Origin: Oopsacas minuta
Lineage: Eukaryota > Animalia > Porifera
Assembly (NCBI GenBank): GCA_024704765.1
Contig: JAKMXF010000155.1
Location: 580,380 to 644,379 of the forward strand
DNA: 64,000 nucleotides
Direction: 5' to 3'
Position 1 is the first letter of the stretch. Each line of letters begins with the position of its first letter. The position numbers were made by a program, and so were the translations under genes. Under the pieces are notes generated by a model. The model was not told the origin of the DNA. It saw nothing but the letters and a program-made list of their open reading frames with translations, and did no database searches. Below are positions 13,799 through 27,379 of the stretch, piece after piece.

Positions 13799-13860
13799 CA
13801 GTGGCGTAGCAAAGGGGGGGCGGCTTGCCCCGGGTGCCACTCAAAGGGGGATGCCAACCT
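13799..13860 (+). mobile_element. Solo hAT-like MITE terminus
   Basis: CAGTGGCGTAGCAAAGGGGGGGCGGCTTGCCCCGGGTG resembles GC-rich hAT MITE ends. Partner end not found. Confidence 0.35.
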
Positions 13861-13953
13861 TGACTGAGAGAGATACATTCTATTGTATATTTTTGAGATC
13901 CAAGATGCAGTTACTACAGTTACTACTTCATATACATACCCGCTAAACTATAA

Positions 13954-14247
13954 TCTATGTTATTAAATCTCAATGATTGTCTGTCTGTCAGTTTGTTTGT
14001 TCGTTGTTAAGGAAAAGATTTACAGTATGCCATTTTGAAATTCTAGCATAACTATGTATTTATCATGGTTATCAAGGAAGCAAAGAGAATTCAATATAGC
14101 TCCATGAAATATATCGAACATGCTGAATCCGATTTCACACTTTGGGTTGATTATATGTAAATTTATTGTTGTTTTTATGAAGATAAAGTAAACAAATTCG
14201 TAAAATCTCAAAATATACGTACGGGCTTGCTCTAAACTGCTACCTAG
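13954..14247 (+). mobile_element. Possible non-autonomous Helitron-like element
   Basis: A|TCTATGTTATTAAATCTC start followed by a (GTCT)n/(GTTT)n microsatellite at ~13978-14001. The 3' end (ACGGGC...CTAG) is uncertain. Confidence 0.3.
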
Positions 14248-17200
14248 GGTATTATGGTAATCGAGTCCCGCTGAGTTTGAATATTCTAAACAACATCAAT
14301 AATATTCGATCTCAATTGTTCTTATTCTGTTTGTTTGTCCGTTGAATACCTCTATGCGTGTTCCGCCGAGTTCATCACGAAGCGACGAGCAAAGGCTCGT
14401 ACGTTTATATAGCAAAACAAATTAATCATGCCTACATTATATAACATTCAAAACATATGTTGGAAAATAAAGGTCCTACATAAATATACAATATACTTGC
14501 TTAGCTATATATTGTTTAACATACAGAAAAAATGGAGTAGCAACTTCAGATTCCACCCGGGTACCAAAAGTGCTTGGTATTCATTGTCAATGCGCCATAT
14601 TTATCAAATTTATCCATTATCTAAAATTTTTGTATTTGAACTCATGTCCTAGATTCTAGGCCGTGAATTCAATTTCAATAATTCGAGATGTCTCCACCTA
14701 GTTCGTTAAAGATCTTAAGCATTGAAATTATTCTTTTTGTCCATGGAGAAATGCACAAACTTTCTAGGGGTTCGTCCAGACATTAGAGTGGTTAAAGTAG
14801 CTACAAAACTAAACTATTATCTTCCTCATTTGTTAGATCTATTTCCTAACATTTGGTTAAGATATGTATTACAGTATTTTGACAAGTTTCTACGAAAAGC
14901 CCATTATATTTATTATCTTGTACATATTTTGGTAAGACCTTCCCAACCTTCCATTACCACGCCCCGAAGTACTACTCAACTACAATAGTGGTCCAACTAT
15001 ATACGAAAAGTATTATAGAACAATAACGAATTTAGTCTATTGCTTTGTTTCATCTAAAATACCCCTCAAATGGCGGTTAGCTCCAACCCTCAAAATAATC
15101 TGAATAACCTTGAATACATTATTTATTTTCCCCTTAGGGGGATCATAACCAGTAGACTTCATATCACTAATTATAGTCCTATGTATGTATGTATATTAGG
15201 GTGCATCAATTGCCCCTTTCTTCTAATGCCAAACGTCGCTTTCTATATGCACATTATCTTTATACTGTATTGATTCATCATGTACAATATCAATAATATC
15301 CATTATGATTTTAGTTTTTATCACAATGTATGTCGTAACAAAGTCGATATTTTCATTTGGAATTGGATAGTATTATCTAACATTTGCTTGAGGAAATCGA
15401 AAAGTTTTACTAGTGTCCAGTTACCAGACTATTTGACTAGGGTCATTTAATCATTAATATGACTCACTTATACTCATCAGATTTGAACGAAATTAGTATC
15501 AAAATTCTAAACATAAGTAACAAAATTAATCATTTGGATTAACAAAACATATAACATAAAACGTCCAACTCCCCTCTTTCCAAATAGGATCCCTACTCCC
15601 TTGAAACACCAACCTGAATCAGAATTCGATTCTGGTTGTCATAAAATTTGTTATCATTTTCTTAGGTTTTTAATGTTCCAATCCAACTTTACTACTGCAA
15701 TCTTTTGATATATTGGATAAAGGTATTCACCAGCCATTTTATATATTCACTTTGCCACGAAATACACTATTTGCGTTCTAAAGGGTATTAGAAAATGATA
15801 AATTTTACTAATTTATGCCTACTAGGCACTTATTTTGACCTAAAATTGATATTATTTCATTGGCTACACAATTCGATGTTCGTAAATTTGTATTACATAT
15901 ATCCAGGGAAATACACTGTTTCTCTAATATTGAAACCTTGTATATTAATGATTTCCGCTAGTACTTCATTCCCGAAACAAAATTTACTAGGTGCTTTTAT
16001 ACTTATTTTTCGTATGCTATGACTCTTTTACTTGACTTACACCTGATGATGTATGAAGTTTGTTATGTATTAGTAACAAACTAATGGATGCTTGGGATGC
16101 TATAAGAGTATATAGTTCGATATTGACCAATATGGTCTGCCCTTTCATTATCTAGCTAAGCCAATCTGTAGTTCTAGACGCAAAGAAATCTTTGTCTAGT
16201 GCCACCACAGGTTAGATATAAATATCAAATATATAGAAAACAGCTATCTGCATCACTAAACTCTAGTTGATTTGTTCTGATTTCAACTACTATACTATAA
16301 CATCATTGTAGTCTTATTTCCTCTCTAAAGTTCTGGTTCGTTTTGTTTTCCTGATTTATCCATTCATCATTTCTACTCGTCCAGAACTGAGTGCAATGTA
16401 GCGGCTATGCCTCGTAACAATAAAGTATAAGTCTTTGATTTTCATACAAAATTGTTTCGGATTAGAGAGCAATAACTCGGATAACAAAAATTTATACGGG
16501 TCCACTTCACTAAAAATGTAAACTGAGTCAAACATATCTTGGTGATTTGTATAGAATCGAATTGCTAAGTAAAAGCTATAGACTATTTATTTATCATGTG
16601 TGCAGAATGTGATAAATTCCGATCTAAATGAGATCTCTAAATACTCTATGTGATAGGTGTCAAAATGTCTTGCCCTGGCGAATATGAGGAGTTTATGTCC
16701 GTTCATCAGTTAGGATATCAAATTTTATACTCTAGCACGTGCTAATTATAATGCAAAAACAATGCCCGGCTTGCGACCTCTTTTGTAGCCTAGTCACCCA
16801 AATATGGAGTGAATATATTATGGAAAAAATGGATAACAGTAATAAATTGACAATAGGAAATGGATAAAATGATCATCATAGTGGGCATACCTTAAGATAC
16901 TCCTATACTTTCAGTGCCTTTTAACAGTTGTTCTATGATATTTGAAAATCTTAAACTGCACAGGGTTTGTTAGCCTCTCATTGGCCATCGAACACTCAAA
17001 GTAGTAATGGCAAAGGAACAAATATCTCTCGACAAACAGATCTATCCACATTCACACACCAATACAGAAATATATCATTCAGATATATAAATCTCTAATC
17101 ATCGTATGTGCCGACTTATACTTACCTAATGTATTTAATAGAGTATTGAAATTATACCATTCTACTAAATATCCATTTACCAGAAAAGATTCAAATGAAT

Positions 17201-17828
17201 TTCTGTAATCTTGATAGACATTTAAATTGTTATAATCGAATCTACGTCCCTGTTTACCCATATTTTACAAGTGGAAGCTAATCTTCAGGATGATGACGAA
17301 TATTTGAATATGCACGATAATATCCCTCAAAAAACTATTTGACTGGGATAGTTAACATTTTCCTGACAAAAAATCTATTAATATTATTAGAATTACATAT
17401 TTTCCAGCTTGACTTTACTCAGTAAATAGATAATGAGCCGAGAATGCTTTAATTCGTAATTGTCCTCAATACTAGGTGGACCAATTATTATAGCATATTC
17501 GCAATCTACGGGTGTGTATTACCCTTTATCAATTTTTCAAACCCATTAGATCAAATACTGTTCACTTATTAGCATTTTCATATTTGTTCCAAAACAATTA
17601 GGAATAGAATATATTCCTACCGCATTATCTATTTAATGAATAAAATCAAGCTAGAAAATATGTAATTAGAAAAATATTCTTCATTAGTGAGTACACTGTC
17701 AACTAAGATAGTCAAATTTTTCTTTCATTTAATTATCATATCCCTTTTCAAATATTTTACCTATTTCCGCGACATACAATTTGTATATTTTTTATCTCAA
17801 GTAGTTTTGTTCTGTTAGTGTATATAAA

Positions 17829-19174
17829 CAGTGCGGTCAAAAAGAATTGCTCAGAATAGATTTACCCCAAATTCTTATATCTATGACCGATTTTAACAAT
17901 AATGCTTTATTATAATCAAGTAAATTGTTGTTAGTATTTAGTAATACCTCCTCTTGCTTGAATTATGGTTTACATCTTTGCGGCATTCTCTCAATTAGAG
18001 TATGGAGCCTGTTAATGTCGATGCTATCCCAAGTGCTTAATATGGCATTCCACAACTCTGAGTGGTTGGATGGGCTTTTCTCTTGAATTCTGAGGGAAAT
18101 GTGATCCCAGAGATTCTCAATCGGATTTAGATCAGGTGACTGAGCAGGCTAATTTATGACCTCTATTTTTTACTCACCAAACCATGCTTAGTACCCTTTG
18201 ACCTATGGCATGGGCGTTGTCTTGCTGAAAGGTCCAATCAGAATGTAGAGAATGCAAATCAACGCTTGGGATTAGTGCATTTTCCACTATATCAATGTTT
18301 GAATTTGTCTTGAGGTTCCCAGATACTTTCCACAAGAGCCCTACGCCACTCCAGCAAAAGCATCCCCAACCATGATGCCACCTCCACCAAACTTGCAAGT
18401 TTTTGAAGACACCTCTCTGAGAACTCCTCCCCTTTCATCCTCCTGACGTAGGCTCTCCCGTCATTGGTATACAGAAGGAACCTAGATTCGTCACTGAACA
18501 CAACTTTTGCCCATTCTTCAGTATTCCAATTCTTGTGAGATCTTGCGAAGGAAAGTCCGTCTCTTTTGTGCTTGCTAGTAAGGCGAGGCTTCCTTCGCGG
18601 TTTTCGTCCGAACAGTTCAGCCCCTCGTAACCTTCTCTGAACTGTTGAAGTGGAAAGTTTTATCGAATATTCTGATAACACTTCAGCTTTGATCTGAGTT
18701 GCAGTCTTAAATCGATCTTTTTTGCATTTTCAGACCAATAAATTGTCTTGCCTTTGGTTGTGACACGAGGCCTACCCGGAATAGTGAGGTCTCTTACCGT
18801 GTCAGTCAGCCTGTGTTTCTTAAGGATCTCGGCCACACTTTTTTGGCTACACCTAACCATTTTAGCTACCTCCCTCTGAGTATAGCCACTTTCTGAAAGT
18901 AGTATCAGGTTGGCTCGATTTTCAATGGAAATTCGGGGTTTAGAATGCATTGAAAATTCGATAAAAACAGATTAATTGGAAAAAAGAATACAAAATAAAA
19001 ACTGTAAGTTGTGCAAATATAATGAATGGATTAGCTGTGTTGGTGTGTTACTTGTCAAAATACATATGGTTGAGTATGGTTTCACAAGAATTCAACTATC
19101 TGGGCAGTGTATACAATTTGACATTTACTATACTGTATACATTCATTTTGAGCAATTCTTTTTGACCGGCACTG
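17829..19174 (-). mobile_element. Tc1-like element, decayed transposase
   Basis: TIRs CAGTGC(C)GGTCAAAAAGAATTGCTCA at both ends; TA after 19174, left TA mutated. Frameshifted ORF with IPGRPRVTT, VVFSDESRF, FQQDNA and PAQSPDLNPIENLWD (DDxE type). Confidence 0.9.
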
Positions 19175-21049
19175 TAGATTTATTGATATATGCTAAGTTA
19201 ACCATTTTAGAATTGAGCCACTATACATGTTTTCTCATAAATGAGTTCATTTACCTATCGAAATGAGATGAAGTTGAATACAAAACAAAATGGGTAGTTC
19301 AGTGTAGATATATTTTATGATATCATAAGATCTATCCATTAGTATATATTTATATTCAAAGAATTATACATACTCGCCTAATTTAGTGGGATTATGCCTC
19401 ATTACTGAGACTGTCAAACAAAAAATGTTTGTTTTCTTCAATATTTTTTCTTCTTTCAGTTTAGATAACAAATTCTACACCAAGTTATAGCAATATAACT
19501 TTAACGTTTTCGGGGCAAAGGTTTTATTTTTGGCAGAATATTTAAGCTTTGATATCAAAATCTCCACCTGATGGAGAAAGACGGATACCATTTTTGGCAT
19601 TATTGGCCAACAATTAGCTGAAAAGTTGTAGATATTTTGTGTGTAAAATGCTGTTGCCCAGTGTTATTGATGTTAATTTACCCTTTAACTTTATTTAACT
19701 CCTATCCAATTACTTTGTGTATTTTGAATCAGATTTCTTCTGAGCTATTCTGTTAACCCTTTTGCTTCGACGCTATTTGGTTAGTGTTTCAAGTCGTTGT
19801 ATTTGAAACCTTGCAATGTCTAGTAGTACCTACCACCATAGAATAACCGCGATCTTGATTAGTTGAGAAATTCCGCCAAGCACAAACCAAAATCAGAAGT
19901 ATCACAAATTATAGGATATAATTATGATGTTAGTCATACTGGAACGCGACCAACTATTGAAGACTTTCTTTCCAGCTACAATTTGCGCAGACTGTAAAAA
20001 GATGTCAAAGATTATGTAAGTGATCTGTTTTATCAAACATCCTATGGATTGATAAATTTATTATATTTATAGTTATCATCATATATGTAAACTGAATGCC
20101 CCACGCCAGCCTAATCTCCGACAACCATTACATGCTATCTGTCAATTGAATAACCATGGGTACACTTGGGCATTGATCATTTTCGCGACATACCGATCAA
20201 CACTTGTTACTCTATTCTTTCTCTCTAGCTTTGTACAGATTCGTAAAAGACTGAGGTTCAAAATTATGTAATAGGCAGGCTAAACGCCGCTACAGCATAT
20301 ATTTATTTCACAGATGGTGTTTTTAAAAGTATGCAACGTTAACAAGGTCCTGAATTCACAAACCTGCTTAGTGATACTAATTCGAATGTGTTCGCAATAT
20401 TATACGTATTGGCTAGCGTTCTTGGAAATATTTAGTTAGTTAGTTTTTTCATCTTGAATGTTTCGGTAAAAGATAGCATTCGTTATCACTAAATACTTTA
20501 CTTAAATTATTCGCTGATGATATTTCAGCATTCCAAATTAAAAAATATATCATAGAACCTAATTGTGACATTATAACACGTACCTGCATAGCCATTCCAC
20601 TTACTTTGGCTTCCGAAGCCCTGCGTACATGATTGTTACAAAGGCTTTATGATATTTTATGATTTATAGCAACAGCTGAAACTTCCATCTTGTGTATGCA
20701 CTGCTGACCTGAATAATTTTTCGAAAATGTATTTCTCCTCTGAATAACTATGTTTGCGTATTTTGTCACATCTGTAATCCTCGTTAGTATTTCTCTGATG
20801 TCAACTGGTAATAATAATACCTACTTAATAAATATTGTTGTAATTTCCTTTTGTACTTAAGCATAGTTTATGATATTTATGAACTTTTCTATGGTTTTAA
20901 GCATATCCAAAGCTATCATCAGAATCTAATGATGGGTAATAAGACAACCGCTGGTTATTACCCTCAGAGTAACGGATTAGAGGAATCTCATAACAACAAC
21001 ATCAAAAAGTGAGCTAAATTGTGTATTTCTCATATAGATAAATTACTCT

Positions 21050-22640
21050 TCCCGAATTTGTGCCATTGTCAATGATTCATTCCTTCAGCAAGATCAACTT
21101 CATGAAGTTTGAAAGAGACGTCGAGTTGCCAAATATCTTCAACCGGCTGAGTTTACTGCTGACCTAAACTTTTTACGATCCATTTATTCTATGCTCTTCC
21201 GATCATCTTTGGGATGAATCCGAACTTTTTTCCCTCCAAAGGTTGTTAACTGGCGTACAAAAATATCTCTAAAATCCAATATGATGAGCAATCTATTGAT
21301 GTTGGACCGAATTTAATGATTTATTACATAATTAATGTGATACTAGTTTTTGATTATTTTACTAAACTATTATAGACCGAGATTGATAATGAGATCAAGG
21401 CAATCCATATTGAACTAGAAGAATAAATCGGCTCAGGCATACAATATTCAAAGTTCGTACACAAACAGCTGAGCGACTACTATATATCCTTCCTCCTTGC
21501 AAGAGTCTCAATTTCTAATTACCATCAAGTTAACAGATGGTCTTGATGGTTCTGGAGGTCGTAGGGGATAAAATCAGATACAATCTAATCCAAATATTTC
21601 CAATAAATCATTTATAGACTTCACATTTAAAGCCCTTCCACTTTTAGATCAACCAGGAACCCAAGGTTAGGCTAATTTATCTCCAATTCTCACTTAGTTG
21701 CCCGTCCAGTTGCTCTAATTTCTCAAAAGGGGAATATAACAATGTCAGGTACTTAATTGAGAAACTGGTCAACGATGAAACAAGATTTCTTGCAGAGAAT
21801 CGATTAGAGCTTAGTCAAGGAAAAATGAATGTACGATGTTTGATGGAAATATGACGAGTATCTTAAGTGGAGCAGGAGGTACGTCTCGTTAATTGTGTAC
21901 AGCCAATCACGAGCACCTTTCTCATCGGCATACACATCAAAGAGGCAATTTGTATCTTCCATGACACAAATATCGATGAATTCTTAAAGCTTCCATCTCT
22001 AATGATGTTGGGACTAACTCACCCACACCTTTCAGACATCGATATCCTATCCGCTTCGCCACTGCATAGCTATTTATGCATTTTTAGTTGGTTTATATTA
22101 CTGATTTATCTGCTGAATGAAGGCCTGAAAAGATTGAATCCTTCAAAACTTCAATGACTCAAATGAAAATTTCTTATTGGAGGTACCAGTACTGCAGGGA
22201 ATATAACACTGTTCTGTTTCCTTGATGAAAGGGATTTGGTGGAAGACTTAGAAATGCGTTTGGGATGTTAACGGTAGCAGCTCACAGTGTACTATCTAGA
22301 TTTTGCCATGTGGTTTCAGCATTTGGTAACGGCTTTTCAGAAAGGCAATCGTGTAAGGACCCCTAGAAATCTTCTTGCCCATAAATTACATTAAGATCTA
22401 GAGGGATTATGCGGGATTGTTACTGGTATTCAAACTTGGATTAAGTGTCCCGAGCCTCTGGTGAAGCAAAGCTATGGCTGAGTGCTAAAAGGAGATGGGC
22501 TTCCATATATCCAAATCGAAACTTCGGAGAGCACAGAGACCACAAGGTTCTCTTTTCAATTTTTTTGGTTCATAAGGTTCAGTTTCCCCATATCATAGTC
22601 CTAAAGAGAAGAACAATCATTCCAAAACTTTATTCATACC
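21050..22640 (+). pseudogene. Transib/RAG1-core-like transposase relic 1
   Basis: TDGLDGSGG (~21535), RPVALI..KGEYNNVRYLIEKLVNDET, MFDGNMTSILSGAGG..LCTA, GLTHPHLSDIDILSASPLHSYLCIFSWF, GGTSTAGN. Termini not found. Confidence 0.7.
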
Positions 22641-23273
22641 GCAGTCAATCAGGAGTCGAAAGTACTATTGTGACGGCGTATGGCATTGCGTTCTATTTTC
22701 AGCTGTCAAAAAGCTAAGCTCATTACGCTAGGATTAGAAAGTATGAAGATTTTCGAGCTTGAACACTGGTTGTTCTCATGACTCAGTGAAGACCTTAGGA
22801 ACACATCTTCAGTATAGGATTGACATAGGAAACGATGTATGTAGTCCCTAAAGTCATCTGTCATGTAGAATACAAACAAGTATTGTCCAACTGGTACCCA
22901 ATCTAAGACGAGAAATTGAGTGTGATGGAAACTATGTAGACAAGTTATGATCATTTATGTTTAGATATTGAATGTAATAATGAATTTATAGTCATATGTC
23001 TGGAACTTACTGTCGGCCACTTGTAGTATTCATATTTTGGTATAACTAGTATATTTTGCTCATACATTTGGAACTTCATTTTTCACTTTGTTGTGTAATA
23101 TGCACCTTAGAATTATTTTTAATATTACATTTATCCAGGGAATTATTCAAAAGACCAAACCAACATGATGGCATAATTGCCAACTCTTTTGGTTTTGGCT
23201 AGACTGCCTTTTTGGTATAATTTGAGGTTAATATCTTGACCTAATTTCCAGAATGATTTTGAGTCTCAAGCTA

Positions 23274-24567
23274 CCGAGTGTTCAATACGTTTTCGGAAAA
23301 TATGTTCCCACTACTGTGAACTAACAAGTTATTATTATAAATGTCCAAAATACTCCCATTAGCATCAATACACCTTTTACAGCGATGTAATCACATGCCA
23401 AATAGCTTAGAATAGCTACTTACTGGTATACACTCTACTTCCTCTAAAACGCAGCGATTAGCTCGGATTCTGATTCAAAACGTCTGCTTTTTAGTTGTCT
23501 TTTTAGATTCGGGAGCAGCCAAAAATCACAAGGGACAAGATCTGAGCTTTAAGGTGGGTGTTCAATCAGTTCTAAGCCTGATTGCCTTAGAAACTCTTTA
23601 GTCCTTCTAGTTGTGTGTGCTGGAGCATTATCATGATGAAATTTCATCCCACGGATCCCAGACATTGGTATCAACGTCTCCACTGCTTGAAACACTTTGA
23701 CATGGCAACATTCGGTAAATCAAGCTGCACTAACTGTATGCTTCGCTGGAAGCATCACAAATTCAAGAAGTTCTTTCGTGGGAAGAAAATTGCGAACATT
23801 CGCTTGCCGACCGCCATGAATCGTTTGGGAATTGTGTTCGGTACCTCCTCTTCAAAGATCCATTTAGAGCTCTGTTGCTTCGTTTGCATGTCATAGAAGT
23901 AAAATCCATGTTTCATTACTCGTTATTACTTCTGAATGCCCTCGAGCATCTGCTTTCGAGTACTTTAGTAACATAGAGCGACAAAATTGGATTCGACGTT
24001 TTTCTGCTCAGAAGTTAGCAAATGTGGTACTAACTTGGAACAAACCCTTCTTAGCGTAAGGTATTGGTGTAGGATTGTTTCTATTGTTCCCGATGATACT
24101 GTTGCATCGTGAACTAACTGACGGATAGTAATTTGTCTGTCCTCTCTTACCAGTTCCTCCACCTTGGTGATATTTTTATCGGGTCCGCCGTAATCGGGCA
24201 TCCGATTCGAACATCATCGTCCAAGCACATGTAGCCCAAACGAAATCGGCTGTACCACTTGTAAATGCTTCTTTTGGTTGGAGACTGTTTTCAAAATCAG
24301 AAAACTTCTCAGTGATGCACTTCATAGCGTTTATTCCACATTTATACTTGTAAAACATTTTGGCTCGAAAATCCCTATTATTCAAATTTTCCATTGAAAA
24401 ATAAAATTTGAGAATGACTTGACTCAATCGGGTGTAACAGAAAAATATACTTAGAATGTTGAAATTTTACCTACTATCCATTCGCTATCTATACTACTTA
24501 TGGTTAATTAACATTAACGCTCCTAAATGAACTTAAGATAGATTCCGCGAACTTATTGAACACTTGG
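23274..24567 (-). mobile_element. mariner element, decayed transposase
   Basis: TIR CCGAGTGTTCAATACGTTTTCGGAA vs CCAAGTGTTCAATAAGTTCGCGGAA, TA TSD on both sides. VEELVREDRQITIR, VCSKLVPHLLTSEQK and HPPxSSDLVPCDF motifs. Confidence 0.88.
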
Positions 24568-25697
24568 TAATGTAAAAGTTCTACCTATCGTGATGTCCCG
24601 CTTAATTTGCACCTACTGTCCAGCTATATTCATCACTCAGGCTGGCAATTATGTGATGCATTCATGATAAACACAATCTCATCATGAGATACAAAGTCAT
24701 CATAGTAATTTGAAACACTTAGAGGAAGGTCGTATTTGGTATTACGTATATTGTAATTTACCAAACGTTCATGTTTTACTATGATAAAGTCGATCTGGAA
24801 AAGAAGTACCCCCTAGTGTAACATAAATCAGTACGTACTGACCGAAGTACGTCTTATCAGAATATTCTTCCCATGCATTTAGTACAAAATTTGGTTATCT
24901 GCTTTGGAAATAAGTATGTATTAACCGAAAGTACGCCTCATGCAGAGTACGTAATAACCAAATCTACTGGAAATTGCTATTTTATTATCAGCCGGCATTA
25001 TCGACAAGATTTACTAAATGTAATCTTGTCCACTCAGCATTAATTGGGTCATTTACGATGAAAGAAAATGACATTGTCAAGAGTTCTTACATACAAAAGA
25101 TCTCACAGTATTTTTAGGGCAATTATGGAGATTGATCTACACGTAAATTGATGCAAACAGAACCTACATTTCAGCAATCCCCACGTAAAAGATGTTTTCA
25201 ATGGTATTAAGAATCAGGCAGTAGTGTAAATTTTTGCGGTAGTAAAACTCAGTTGATAAAATGAAGATCCTATTCATTGAAGAAAATATCAATATACAAT
25301 AGTTATAATCTGTTCAACCATGCCTCTATTAATTCTTTGTTTTCTCAGCTAACAGAGAGTTACTTTATGTAGACTTTACTTACTATATACTTTCCGGGCA
25401 AAGTATTTCAACAGCACGAAATATACTTATATACATCTATATTCTGGCTCTACTGCGAATAATTGCAAATTCATACCATTCATTCATCAATTAGCTATTT
25501 GACAATGTTGGCAGAATGTTATTTTATATTTTGTAATGTTGATATATAGATACAATTGTTTCCTTAGTGTAGATATTATCACGGTATCCAAGATCAAGAA
25601 GGCTATGAAGGAAATAGGCAAATTTATTATATTTGAATATATCAAAATTATAAGCTGTTATATGATTGTAAAAGGGTTCTGGATCACAGGGATCCCC

Positions 25698-25716
25698 CTG
25701 TCTCTTATACACATCT
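25698..25716 (+). other. Exact 19-bp Tn5 mosaic end / Nextera adapter (probable library contamination)
   Basis: CTGTCTCTTATACACATCT, 19/19 match. Confidence 0.9.
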
Positions 25717-26028
25717 GAATCTATTCCCAGAGGTTCTAATCTGGCATATCAAATAAATGTTGCGGCCCTCCAATATTACTTACTAATTATGAATTATTTG
25801 TTCCGAATTTTGATATATCCGAAATTCTAGAACCCCTCATTTATGAAAATGTACCATATAGAACGAAGTCTGATTGACCTAATTTCATGCTAATATATAG
25901 GATTATTATGTTAACAACATTGAATATTAGATTCTTACATGTAAATCTATTTTTTGCTTCCGGCATGAGAGATCATAATTTCAAACACAACTTTATGGGT
26001 ATTTGTTATTTGTCTGATACGTTTTGTA

Positions 26029-27371
26029 CAGGGTGTCTCAAAAGTATTTTCCTCTTATGAATACCACTATAATATAGAATTTCTTAGATAGATTCATCTA
26101 ATTATTTGCCTATATATTTAGCATTAAGTTTTATACATGAATTAATTCGACTTGGCATCCCATCAACTAAATTCTCAAGTATCGACGGGCTAATCCCATT
26201 CCATATATTTTCCAAATATTTTCCGAGCTGTGTTAAATTTGTAGCGGGCTTTCTCTTGTCTAGCTCTGCTTGCATAATAGACCAAAGATTTTCGATTGGA
26301 TTTAAATCTGGGGAGTTACTAGGCCAAACACCTTTCTCCCTAAAGCCAGGTAGATGCTCTGTAAGCCATGTCTGGGCCCTTATGGCTGTATAGGCAGGGG
26401 CGCCATCCTGCATGAAAATTGTCTCGGACATCTTTCGACACCTTTTCCTTTAGGTAAGTGAGGCTCTAGTCTTTCTATGCTTAAAGGTAGGGAGATAACA
26501 CTTCTCCAGGATATCATTAATATAGTAGTCAGTATTCACTAAGCGTTTTGGGGAGATGAAGTGTAGTTCTGATAGCCCTGGCCAGCTCATCATCCCCCAA
26601 ACCATCATTTTCGGGGGGGTTTTGACTGATTCAACTGGGGTAATGTTGTGCGGATTAATGTCCCAAACACGATCATTCTGCCTATTAGTCGGATGGGAAA
26701 GCTCTAAAGGGCTTTCATCACTAAAAAGAACCCTTTCCCAATCACGACCAGTCCATGTTTTGCGTTCCTGACAGAATTCTAGCCTCTTTACCTTTTGTTT
26801 TTCAGTTAATTTCGGGTATGAGGGTCTTTTATAGGCTTTCGCTCCGATTATGTCGCGTAAATAACGGTGAATTGTGTCTTTACTAACGGTCACCGACTTA
26901 GACGAGATATATTTTGCAAGATTTCGGGTTGAATTGTAGCGTATCCCGATTGATTTTCGAATTATAATTTTCGGAATCCGTGAATGCTTCGTCGGACGTC
27001 CAGACCGGGGCTTGCCATCAAGCAAATATCCAGCTCTATGCCTTTTACACCAGTTCCGAACTGTCGGAATTGTGGCTCTAAGAGTATTGGCGACTGTTTT
27101 CTGTGTTGAACCCGCTTCAATCATGCCAATCGCTCGCTCTCGAACAGCAAATCTCGGTTTCATGACATCCATGTATGAAATTTGTGAGGGTTGAGAAAAA
27201 TTATCGAAAATATAAACAGATTATCAAATAAGGAAATGTAGTATTCATATAGTATTGGACTACTATAGACTAATAATAATCTGAAAAATGGTCGGTTAGT
27301 AAACAATACTGTTCGCTTTATAACGACTTCAATCGAAGTACTGAGGAGGAAAAAACTTTTGAGACACCCTG
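26029..27371 (-). mobile_element. Tc1-like DD37E (TRT-type) element
   Basis: TIR CAGGGTGTCTCAAAAGT(A/T)TTTTCCTC with TA TSDs. Two ORF pieces (26450-27172, 26102-26431) with FSDESP and MQDGAP...SPDLNPIENLW; 37 residues counted between D and E. Confidence 0.9.
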
Positions 27372-27379
27372 TAATTCCG

